A DNA stretch of 64,000 bases. It comes from Octopus vulgaris. Taxonomy: Eukaryota. Every line of letters begins with the position of its first letter. The first letter of the stretch is position 1. Positions 1 through 10,900 of the stretch are shown here, piece after piece. Location: NCBI GenBank assembly GCA_951406725.2, contig OX597816.1:149668001-149732000 (forward strand). The letters are read 5' to 3'. The position numbers and the translations under genes are program-made. Below the pieces are notes generated by a model that was not told the origin of the DNA, made no database searches, and saw only the letters and a list, made by a program, of their open reading frames with translations.

Positions 1-429
1 TGATAATATACCAGGAATCTTAATGGAAACCCGCTTTCCCAGCCGAACAAAGGGTGATGAGAAAAGGAGAGACAAGTAGATCAGGAATGCATTATTGGAG
101 GTGCCATGAGCATAGTAGTTGAAAGCAAAGGTAGCAAGCTTATGGACCAGGGACTGGAACAATCTGAGTGATTTTATGCCAATCACTCAGGTGGCCTTTT
201 CTCTGGATGTGACTAAGATGTCTATGTGCATCAATCCAGATGTGAGAACAATACATCCGTGCAGGCGTCACCCAAACTTTTAGGGTGCCAATAATTTTGT
301 GGGGTTGGAGTATGTTTGAGCATTAAAGGGAAAGGTCAGTCACTGGAATGCAATCTTTGCTATATGTCATGGCTGTGATTTCAGTAGAAGTCCTCAGTGA
401 TAGTCAGGCCCAACATTTGAAGCAACAGA

Positions 430-600
430 GCAGGCCATAATTGCTTGCTGATCTTGATCTCTCTTATATCCAGTTATTCATTCAGCTTATTTTTACTCTG
501 ACATTCACATGCACAAACACATAAATCCATCGAAGCATGCTTGCTTTGCATCTTTCTAGCCTTTGCAGGTCTTCTGCATTTAAGGCCTACATATCTTATT
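430..600 (-). mobile_element. Degenerate RTE-clade LINE fragment (C-terminal part of ORF)
   Basis: Minus strand reads ALNAEDLQRLER...ASMLRW-like, matching the segments of the longer RTE copies at ~5120-5200 and ~48760-48830. Confidence 0.55.
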
Positions 601-660
601 ATCATGCAACATCACAATACAAACACAAGTATCAACCCCACAAACAATAAAGAAACTTAC

Positions 661-755
661 CCTTTGTATATGGAATTGAGTCCTGATGATGTGTTGTTGT
701 TGTTGCTGCTGCTGCTGCTATTGTTGTTGCCATTGGAAAGCACTGGATAATCCAT
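661..755 (-). CDS. Putative first coding exon of an unidentified gene (MDYPVLSNGNNNSSSSSNNNNTSSGLNSIYKG..., exon 661-791, phase-2 donor)
   Basis: Minus strand: pyrimidine tract ttctatttttgttgttttcatttattaacAG acceptor (exon starts at 791), ATG at 755 in aaagATGG context, 31 open codons including AAC/AGC triplet runs, then AAAGG|GTAAGT donor at 661/660. The product is not recognised. Confidence 0.6.
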
Positions 756-1139
756 CTTTAGTGAGGGCTAACTGCAGTGAACAGTTATAAACTGTTAATA
801 AATGAAAACAACAAAAATAGAATACAATTTTGAATCACATGACCATACATGTGTATGTGATATAGAGTGAACACTAATTCAATATAATGTAACAGACTTA
901 GTGAGACAATGCCCCATCCTATTTGATGCTGTTTTGGCTATATTAAGTTTTGCAAAACCTCCATAAAGAGTGTCTCAGATCATTAAGCTTTGTATTTGAA
1001 AGAAATATGACAGTTTGAGCTATGTTAGAACATGTATCCAGTGCACTGGAAAATGATGCCAGTATCAATAATAAATGAAGTAGTCCTTGAGCCAGTGACC
1101 ACTACTTTGCATCAAGTTTTGGAGAATATACCACCATGA

Positions 1140-1522
1140 TCCAAAATCATGAAATAGATACTTTCAAGATCACAACATACATGTACACTGCAACATAATT
1201 TCTTTTCCTCAACAGGCCCTGCCCTATTTAACATTGTCCCGAGGGAGATCAAAGAGGAAAAGGATCCCATCAACTTTAAACAGAGTCTGGATAGATTCCT
1301 TCAAAGAATACCAGATAAGCCACCCATAATTGGATACAACTCACCCAACAAGAACTCATTACTTGAACAAAACTGGATACAACTCACCCAACAAGAACTC
1401 ACTACTTGAACAAAACTTGACTTAAACAGGATTCGAATAATCCTATCAGGTGGTGCTATTAAGTTAGACATGGCCTGGACCAATCTCTGGTCGAAACATA
1501 TCTAAGTTTATCTAAGTTTATC
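1140..1522 (+). mobile_element. 3' end of a CR1-type LINE
   Basis: Reads GPALFNIVPREIKEEKDPINFKQSLDRFLQRIPDKP (typical CR1 ORF2 C-terminus) and ends in a (tatctaagtt)n tail at ~1499-1522. Contains a 43-bp tandem duplication (1331-1373 / 1374-1416). Confidence 0.7.
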
Positions 1523-1946
1523 ACATGTTAACTGAAATATACCACAAGTTCTTTAGCAAAAAGCAACCATTGTTTCTGGTTTGCTGGTTGCCTTGAGGAA
1601 CCATGGTATTCTGCTGACAAGTCACAGCTTAAAGCTGCATTAAAAATATTGGTTAGCTTATAAGTGAATAAGTAAATCTACATATTGATATTTCTTTGAT
1701 AGTTGTTTGAAATTATTTTTACACCCAAACACAGCCTGAGACATCTGTACATGGAAATAATAACCAGTATGAAACCAACATGCCAAGGCTACTACTGTTT
1801 CTATGACACAAACGTCCTGTTTTAAAGTGATGTTAATTATAACCTGCCATCAACATTTCAAGTAAATCTATGTTCTAAGCATATCTGCCTTAGACAAATA
1901 AATTAGAAAAATATCTTTGTTGTTATTAGGCTTAGAATATAATTTA

Positions 1947-4080
1947 CATCATCATCATCATTTAACGTCTGCTCTCCATGCTGGCAAGGGTTAGCTGGTT
2001 TGACTGGAGCTGATGAGCCAGAGAGCTATACTAGGTTCCAGTTTGTTTTATGGTTTCTACAGATGGATGCCCTTCCTAATGCTAACCACTCCAAGAGTGT
2101 AATGGGTGCTTTTACATGCCACTGGCATGGGTACCATTTACATGGCACAAGCAGTGATTCCGGCAATTCATGGTTGCCATTTGCATGGCACCAGCGGCCA
2201 CAATTCCTGAGGTGCCAATTTATATGGCATCATCGATGACCATGACTACGATGCACAGGTGTCATTTACATGGTACCAGCATTGACCCTGACAATTCACA
2301 AGTGCCATTTACATGGTACCATCAATATCTACAACTACAATGCGTGGGTGTCATTTACATTGCACAAGCAGCAACTGCAACGATTCATGGTTGTCATTTG
2401 CATGGCACCAGCAATGACCATGATTACAATGCACAGGTGTCATTTACAAGGCACCAACATCAACCATGACAATTCACAAGCGTCATTTACAATACAAGGG
2501 TTTATCTTTGGCTAGGTACTTCTCCTGTAGCTGCCTTACTAAGAATATAGCATCAGTGGTGCTTCTCCCTGGCACAAAACCAAACTGCACCGCATCTGGA
2601 TAAACTCTGCTCCTAATTAGTTGGGCTATGACCTTCTCCATAACTTTTATTGCCTGATCTAACAGTTTGATACCTCTGTAATTATTTCTGTCCAAGGTAT
2701 CACCTTTACTTTTGCAGCAGTTGACTATGATGCTGCAACACTAGTCACTGAGCATGACTCTATCATGTACAACCTAATTTACTATATGGGTAATCAGCCC
2801 ATAACCTACATCACCAAATTTTTAAGCATCTCAGCAGTAATTCCTGAAGGACTGGGGGGGGGGGGTGTCTTGGTTTTCATATCCTTCACGGTTTTGTCTA
2901 TCAAGCTTCTGTCTATTCCGATTGCTACCGCTCTGTTGGATCCACATTATGCAGACTCTCCTCCCATGAGTTCTCTACATTCAGTAGTCTTTCATAGTGA
3001 CATTTCCAAGCCTCTTTCTTTGCAGAGTTACTAACTGCAAGTAAACCATCATCCATACAAACACACTTTTCTCCCACAACATCACAATTATTCCTAAGCC
3101 AAAACATTTCAAGCCTCTGGTCCTCATGCTGTAAGACATTGGTAAACTTTTCCCTTTCTGCTTCACTCCCAGCTAAGTACACCTGCTTCCTAGCTTCTCT
3201 TCTAGTTGCCTGACATAACTCTTTGCTATCACCATCCTTCTAGTCATTCCAAGCCTGTTTCTTTGCTTTAATGGCCCTGTCAACCACCACCACCACATCA
3301 CCCTTGGCCTGGCTGGGACTTTGCACCAACCACAAATTTGGTCTGCAGCAATGTGGTCCTGATGGAACTTCCACTTAACCACTTTGCTACAAGTCTGTAA
3401 CTCCTCCTCTTTCTCATCATATGCTTCATTTAGGACATCTCTAAATCTCTGGCTAATCAAAGGATTTTTAAGCTTCCATAGCCTTCTTTTCCAAACTGGC
3501 TTGCTTCTTGGAATCTAACAAGCCAGTAGTTTAAAGTCCCCAATGAGTAACCTATGCTGTGGAGTGTATTCTTCTCCAGGAAAGGCCTTTGGATTTATGA
3601 GCACCCATGAGTATAGTCAATCTGGCTTGTATGGCCACTGAATTTACAGGTTATCAAGTGAATGGGTGGCTTTCTGGAGTTAGTGTTGCAGATCATTAGG
3701 TCATTTGTGTCACAGAACTCCAGCAGCCTTGTACCCGCCTCATTTCAGGAACCAAATCCGTGTCCCCCCATGGAATATACCTGGGTGCCGCCCAACATGT
3801 CCATTGAAATTACTAACCACAAAGATAAGGTCATGATCATTTGTCTTTGAAGTGGCCTGCAGAAGAGTGTCATAGAAGCAGTCCTTCTGTTCATTTGGCA
3901 GACCTGGTTGGGGGACGTAGGCCAAGATAATTGTTGCCATGCTATTCTGCAAAACTAATCTAAGCTTAAGTACCCTATCACATATTCTGACTACTTCAAT
4001 CATCTTATTCATTTCTCAGCTAGAAGTATGCCAATATTTCCTAGCCCATTGCTGTTGCCCTCCCAGAAGAATTTATACCT
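1947..4080 (-). mobile_element. Decayed RTE-clade LINE (APE endonuclease and start of RT) with internal deletion and (GAT)n 3' tail
   Basis: ORF fragments 3740-4012 (endonuclease-like: AYVPQPG...FYDTL...FNGHVG) and 2483-2695 (NYRGIKLL...QFGFVPGRSTTDAIF, RT). (CAT)n tail at 1947-1962. Multiple stops and frameshifts. Confidence 0.85.
2125..2492. repeat. Minisatellite of nine cores with mostly 43/46-bp spacing inside the retroelement tail
   Basis: Core CATTT(A/G)CATGGCACC-like at 2135, 2178, 2216, 2263, 2306, 2352, 2395, 2441 and 2484. Confidence 0.85.
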
Positions 4081-4130
4081 CACTTTAAAAGAGAAGTTTG
4101 GATCATAGAATCAAGGGTGGCCTTGGCATG

Positions 4131-6343
4131 TAGGGTAAAGGAGATGCCTTAGATAAAATTACAGAGGTATCAAACTGCTGGACCAGGTTTTGAAAGTTAC
4201 TGTTGTAGCCCAATTAATTAGAAACAGTTAGAGTAGATAAGATGCAGTTTGGTTTTGTGCCTGGTAGAAGTACTATTGATGTTATCTTTTTAGTCAGTCA
4301 ACAGCAGAGTATTTAGCTAAGAGCAAACCATTATACTTGGCATTTGTCAGTCTGGAGAAAGCCTTCAGCCAAGCTCTTCACTGTGATATGGTGGTCTCTG
4401 AGGATGCTAGGGATAGATGAATGGCTTGTGAAAGTTATGCAAGCTGTGAGTACAGTAATGAATTTCAGGTGCAGGTAGGCATGCATCAGGCCTCAGTTCT
4501 CAGTCCCCTCTGTTTATCATTGTCCTCTAGGCCTAAGACTGGCTGCCCCTTGGAACTACTATATGCTGATGATAATGCACTCAGTGGAATCTGTTACAGA
4601 ATTAGAAAAGCAATTCCAAGTGTGGAAGCAAACTTAGAATCAGGTCATTAACTTAGAAAAGATTAAGGTTCCAGTAAGCAAGAAAATTAGACAAGACCCT
4701 ACCTCCCTCTGGTAAATGGCTCTGCTCAATATATAGAAAAAGTGTAGGTAGAAATTTCATGTAGTGTAATCAATGCAAGCTATGAACACAGAAGAGGGAC
4801 AGTGAAATCACAGTAAGGTTAAAAGAGAAAGTAGTTTTTGTATGTAGAAAGTGCACAGATGTCATAGTCTAAGGTCACACAGGAAATTGATGTTCTCAAA
4901 TTCCCTGGAGATTCCTTAGAGGTAGTAGATAGTTTCTGTTATCTAGGTGACCTAATTAGCAGTGGAAGATGTTCTGAAAATGTAGTCAATAGAATAAGAA
5001 TAGGATGGAGAAAGTTCAGAGAGCTATTATCTCTATTGGGAGAGGTAATACAATCTACCTTTATGAATGAAAAGCAGATAGCATACTTGTGTACATACAG
5101 CAATGCTCCCATGGTGGTAAGATTTGGGCCCTGAATGCAGAGGACATGCGAAGACCAGAGAGAAATAAAGCTAGAATGCTCTGTCCAATAAGGTGCAAAT
5201 GTACTGAGAGAAAAGTTAGGCATCAAAGGAATTAGATGCAACATACAGGAGAGAAAATTGAACTGGTTTGATCATGTGATGTGTAAGGATGAGGACAGTT
5301 GCATAAAGAAGTGCCAATCACTTAAAGTGGATGGCACCTGCCAAAGTGAGAGACCAAGGAAGATATGGGACGAAGTATTGAAAACTGATCTGAAGATGCT
5401 GGGCCTTACAGAGATGACAAAGGACTAAGATGACTGGCATTTTGCTGTACTCAATAAGATCCATCCATTACAGTAAAAACGACATCCCATAACCACTCAG
5501 TTATACTTGCATGTACATGCAAGGACCTGTACCCCACCATTTTCATCCCTTCCTCATCTATGATACTAATCAGCTACTTTATTCACTTGAGAACAGAATA
5601 TGCACATATTACATCCCAGCCCCTCCCTAACTGTCCCCAACATTCCTCAATCATTGTTGCCCACACTATTTCAACCCATCACCACCCACTCCTTTCTGTG
5701 CCATACTCCATTCTAAACACCTCTCTTATTTTGCACCTACTTTAGCCATTCCTATATCTCTCATTGTACCCCTCTCAGTACTAGTATTTTCTATCACCTA
5801 CACTTCCACCCTTGCTAATCACTCACAATATTAACCTCCACCTGTTTACTCCCCCTCACACTCCAATGAAAGCATCTAGACACTCTCTCACTCTTCCCAT
5901 AACCACTGTTTGCATCCTCTCTTTTGCTCACCTCCCTGTTCCTTGAGAGTTTGCTCTAACATCCCATCACTACCTTCCCTTTATCTCCTTCAGCCATCTA
6001 TCTCCTCTATAGCAAGACACCTATGCTTGTCCCTCCATCATAATTTAAACTTTCAACACCTGGCATAAAGCCACTCACTTCTACCTTCCTCTCCCAAATA
6101 TTTCCTCTTAGTTAGCAGGGGAGCCTTTTCCCTTTCCTTCTTGCAAGTTTCATGGCAACCTCACTAGTGTCAGTAACAGGTAAAAACCTCCCAGTACTCT
6201 CTGTAGAATGGGTGTTAAAAACATCCAGCTGTAGAAACCATACTAAAGATGGCATCAGAGCCCGACACAGTCCTGCAGCTTGCCAATTTCTTGTCAAACT
6301 GTCCAAGCCATGCCAACATGCTAAGTGGAAATTAATGATGACG
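4131..6343 (+). mobile_element. 5'-truncated decayed RTE-clade LINE (RT, 3' UTR, tail)
   Basis: Starts at KGDALD/YRGIKLLDQ, includes VGMHQASVLSP and ELLYADD motifs (4421-4651), a pyrimidine-rich 3' UTR, and the family tail ending atgatgacgat at ~6335-6345. Confidence 0.85.
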
Positions 6344-6344
6344 A

Positions 6345-6430
6345 TATTTTTCTAAATTCGTTGTTATTTTCAAAATTAATTGATTCAAACGCAATATATT
6401 TAGAAAGAAATATGGTAACAAAAGGGTTAA
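6345..6430. mobile_element. Terminal fragment of a TTAA-flanked (piggyBac-type) non-autonomous element
   Basis: Ends ...atatggtaacaaaagggTTAA, i.e. TTAA-CCC terminus on the minus strand. A probably related internal piece lies at ~1795-1930 (family assignment from recall). Confidence 0.4.
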
Positions 6431-6899
6431 CAGTCCTAGTATTAGCATAGCTGAGCTGTTTGTGCTTTAATCTTAGCAGTAATGTCCAGTAGGGGTTGAA
6501 ACAAAATTCTGTCTCAGTGCGTGTGTCATTGCAGGTGAAAGTGTCAATCATTTCGACCATCAACTGCCTCAGGGTGTCATCAAATGTCATCTTTCTAATG
6601 ACACTAAAGTCATGACTTAGCATTTTCAACTCTTTCCTATAAATTTGAAACATCATGCATGACAGCAAGTTCTTTGTTAACTTGGTTTTTAACAGCTAAA
6701 TGGAATCATAAGTTTTATTTAACTACTAATGCTGCTGGGAAAGGCATTAATGTCATTACTATTTACCCATCCTTCCAGATTTATATTTGAAGTTTTATGT
6801 CTATCAAGGAAATCAACATCAGTCTTTAAAGTGAAGATATGCAAAATGAAGAACATGTAACAAATTGTTTGATATCACAGTAATAATGATTATGAAGTC

Positions 6900-7200
6900 A
6901 AGATCGACATTTTCACGCATGAGGCACAAGATCACAAATTTGCGTTAGTTGTACACGCCTTGGATTTTATTGGCACACTCGACCCCTAGTTGAATAGTCG
7001 ATGCGTACAACTGTCAAAGATTTAGTACTGTGCTCCTTCATTTACGCCACTATAAGGGGGTTTTTTTATTAACTTTAACCCAGCGGCATTTAATGGGGTC
7101 GGTAAGTAGGGTTTGTGAGGTACGTACCTGCCTCGAGGATTTTAACGAGGCGTGCGAAGAGAAATGGCGGTATTCCTTAAATTTCAAACACAAACAAATA
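6900..7200 (-). promoter_or_regulatory. CpG-rich promoter and candidate non-coding first exon (to 7128) of the minus-strand gene
   Basis: Abrupt local CpG enrichment, YY1-type CCGCCATTT motif (7162-7170, minus strand), and CAG|GTACGT donor at 7128/7127. Confidence 0.45.
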
Positions 7201-7600
7201 CAAGAAACTAAGAATACATAGGAATGATGAAGAAGTATTTCTCACGACAAAAATAACGTTTTTTCATACTCTTATTTTCGTTTTCATTTTGCGTCAATTT
7301 TGATGTTAAACATATTTCTTAATCATTCAGGTGTATTTTTTGCATTGAGCTTATGAAAATCTGGATAAGAAACCGAAGGACCAACAGCACCAATTGGAAA
7401 TCGAAACCTAATGGCAGACTCCAATGGCCAAGAATTTATTTCTACTTTACAGCAACAACAGAGCAGCCATCACATGGACCATATATTACACATATAGACA
7501 TATCAACACTGCCACAAGTTAAAAATAGGTCATTTTTTAACAAAGACTAAAAATTTGATCTTGATATAAAATTAGACAGAATTAATCGATTATTTTGTTC

Positions 7601-7604
<4 letters not shown>

Positions 7605-7641
<37 letters not shown>
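7605..7641. repeat. (AT)n microsatellite
   Basis: Direct reading. Confidence 0.95.
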
Positions 7642-7642
<1 letters not shown>

Positions 7643-9083
7643 GCGCACGCGACGTGCGTATGTGTGTGTGAAGCAAAAGGGGGAAAGCCGATTTTCCGAG
7701 ATATTTTTCTTTACAATAATATATTTAATTTATTAGAATATCAAAGACCGAAATTCTGAGTATTCAATCCAAACCATTATTTATCATTATTATTAGTAGT
7801 AGTGGTGTTAGATAAGTAATAGACATTTATAAACAAGCTAGTATGAGTGTAACGAGGAAGCAAACATTCGATCTGGTTCAAAACAAATAAATAAATAGAA
7901 ATAATATATGACTTAGCGGATTTATTGTAGATATTTTGGCAAGATAATTTGGAGAGACATCACGATCAGTAATTGTGGAAGAATTTTAAAACAAAAACAA
8001 ACAATAGTGTACGTCTTTGAGAAAATAAAAACATTACTATCTTACACAGGTACATGAAAATTTGACACCTTAGAGGTACAAGACCATAGATATTCAGACA
8101 GAAGGAAATGAACATGTGTAGCTGTCAATTTTTTCCCCCCAAGGATCTTAATTAGTTAAGTGAAATGCAGTAAATTGAAACCGGGGTGCAAAGTTAGATC
8201 GGCTCATGGAAAGCAAAATCTATGTTGACAAAGTAGATACGAATATAAAACTGATGTTTCAAAACATTTATGTTTATAATAAACGAAACGAATAAAAATT
8301 AATCACACGTCCTTAGAAATCTAATTCCATAACTCAATTAAATATATATATGTACATACACACACATATGCGTGTGTATGTATATATATATATACACACA
8401 CACACACATGTATATATACACGAGTGAGAGATCGTCTCAGACATAAATTCCGTATTATTATATGCTTTTTTAAAGAGAAATATTACTTGAAGTTACATAC
8501 AACAAAATAAAAACTGTTCTGGGTGAGTTTAAAAATAAACAAGAAGTTGAGAAATAACGTTTCTAAGATAATTTTCGTTATAAAATCAGAGTACATTTTA
8601 TAACGAAAATTGCTTGAAAACAAATAATTTTGTTCACATACACACACAACTACTTGATCTAAATAAACAAGCACCAGACAGCTTGTGAGTAAATAACATA
8701 ACCAGAAGATGTGAGGTTCATGCCGTTCTCAGACATTTACAGACCAAAATAAATAATTTCCTAATTTATTCATCAAAATGGATTAAATGGGGTATTATTA
8801 TAAAGATGGTACGATTTTAATATGAAATTGAAACAATTTTAAATATATACGCAATAATTTTAGCAAATGCATGAACGTCACATCTTCCTTCTGCACGATA
8901 CAACAAACTGTTTGCTATAATATGTATTTTGATCAGGGACAGAGCAGAGAAATGAACATAATTGTTTGCAATAAAAAGAAATCATAAATAGAAAGAGGAA
9001 GGTGATGTATGAAGTAGTAACAAAAAAGACACTGTTTTCACGCTAGTTAATTTCTTTTGAGAAAATCATGATCAATCACCAAC

Positions 9084-9170
9084 CTTTAATCGAGAATTTA
9101 TCAGAGAGAGTCGGTTACATGTAGTATCCGCAGACATGCCGTCGCCATTAGCATAGTGTATTTCCGGTTG
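9084..9170 (-). promoter_or_regulatory. Second candidate promoter / alternative first exon on the minus strand
   Basis: ETS-like CCGGAAAT (~9160-9167), ATGGCGACGG initiator-like sequence at 9148, AAG|GTTGGT donor at 9084/9083, CpG-rich. Confidence 0.35.
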
Positions 9171-9849
9171 CAGTATGGATTTTGAGGGAAACTTCATTAA
9201 ATGTTATTATCACAGATACTGTTTTATTATCTTAAAACTAAGTATTTTTCCCTGAAATATATTCTAATGATGGAATCATATTAAAGAAAATACGATCAGG
9301 AGAAATTTTTTTTTCTTTATAATAAATTTCCTAGTTCATCCGGTTTCGTCTTCAAACGGTGATTATTTCCCCTGGTATTACACACCCTTATTTCAACACA
9401 CTTGTCAAAGGGAGTGTGAAGTTTAGTGAATGTGGTGAGAGGAGTCACGAATGCACATGGGTAGATGGCAAGAAGTTAAAATAATCGAAAGATCAGAGAC
9501 TGTTGCAATAAAAGATAGAATAAGCAAATAAATCATACAGATCTACAATAGTTGACGAAGATTAAAACTAATGATTAAATAAGATTTATTGCTATTTGAA
9601 ATGGAAATCATTAACAAGTATTAATATTCTTAGAAATAAAGATTACCTCTCTTACCAAAAGGATCTCCCCTAACATAGCAGAATCTTCCTTCTTATCACT
9701 CCTCAACCTCAGTTGTTCCTTATATTTACTGTTCATTTTACTTTCAATTCCTAGAGGAAAACCTAACAGAATGTTTCGTTTCCCGAAAGATCTTTCTGGA
9801 CCTGGCAACTTCCAGTATATTACCCTCACTTCCAATATCTCATGGTGAT

Positions 9850-10900
9850 AGATTCAGTAGTAAATAGCTGCCTCATTGATCACCTTAAATTTATTTCCTG
9901 TCACACAAACCAACAAACAACTTGCATATATGATTGATCGGAGATTTGCTTTCTTGCATTACACACCAAAAATCAATCACTCTTGAGAAATTAGTTGAAA
10001 ACAATGTTGTTACCCTTGATATCAGCAAAGTATGCAATTGTATAATGGTAAGAGTACTACCTACCAAAGTTGCTTGCCTAAGATCTCCAAAAATCTTATC
10101 TTATGAATTGGGAGTTTTAACAGTCTACATAAATGGATTCTTTCAGATCAACAAACTATTTCTACCTTGTTGTTATTTCAAATCACATACATTCTTATGA
10201 TGACAATACTATATTTTACTCCTTTCCAGCATTTTATACTTACAGTTGTCAATCCAAATACAATCTAGACACCTTTCACTGATTTAACTGAAACCTCAAA
10301 AAATAGCTTCTAATGGATACATGATACAACCAAGACACAATAAATACTTGCATAAAGGAAACAATCCCACATCAGTTCACTTCTCTTCACATGAGCAATA
10401 CATTACATCCTCCCAACTTATGAACTAAAGCCCTTAAAATATCTATAAATGCTGGACTTCAAAATCTCTGACAACCTTTTATAGCTACCATCTATACAAC
10501 ATTACTAAAATTGCATCTTGAAGACTAGGCTTTCTCTTCTAACTCTGATACAGCTTTATCCCTAAACAGTTGGTGGCCCATTTCAAAGTTCAAATGTAAC
10601 ATCATCAGAATGCAACATTTGTATTTAAGGCAATATAGCTGCTATAAAAACATTTATCACAGCACACCCATCAAAAATAAAAACCACCCAGCTAACTGGA
10701 AAAATTCACTCACTAATATATTGTAACCACTAGTTCAGTTATATTATTTCCTTTTTCTGTCTTTTCTACTGTTTCTATAATCACTTATATATCTCTAAAT
10801 AAACAAACTGTGATACACCTTTGTCCATTTAAATCAACCCTTAGCCAAACTCTGTAACACCCTGAACCCACCCTATAACTTCTTCCTTATAAGTTCAAAC
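9850..10900 (+). mobile_element. Ancient CR1/L2/Jockey-type LINE RT remnant
   Basis: VTLDISKV motif (like ALDISKAFD) in ORF 9934-10200. Otherwise heavily decayed; boundaries approximate. Confidence 0.4.

Noticed and set aside
541-750. ORF with a poly-Leu run resembling a membrane peptide
   Set aside because: It is the antisense reading of the Asn/Ser triplet tract of the minus-strand exon plus a LINE fragment.
2125-2492. CRISPR-like repeat-spacer appearance
   Set aside because: The 'spacers' are homologous to each other and alternate between two types, the array sits in a retroelement 3' UTR, the DNA is eukaryotic, and no cas genes are present.
6321-6668. 115-aa ORF on the minus strand
   Set aside because: It starts at a non-ATG codon, runs into a repeat terminus, and has no recognisable domain or clear splice signals. 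It may be a transposon remnant.
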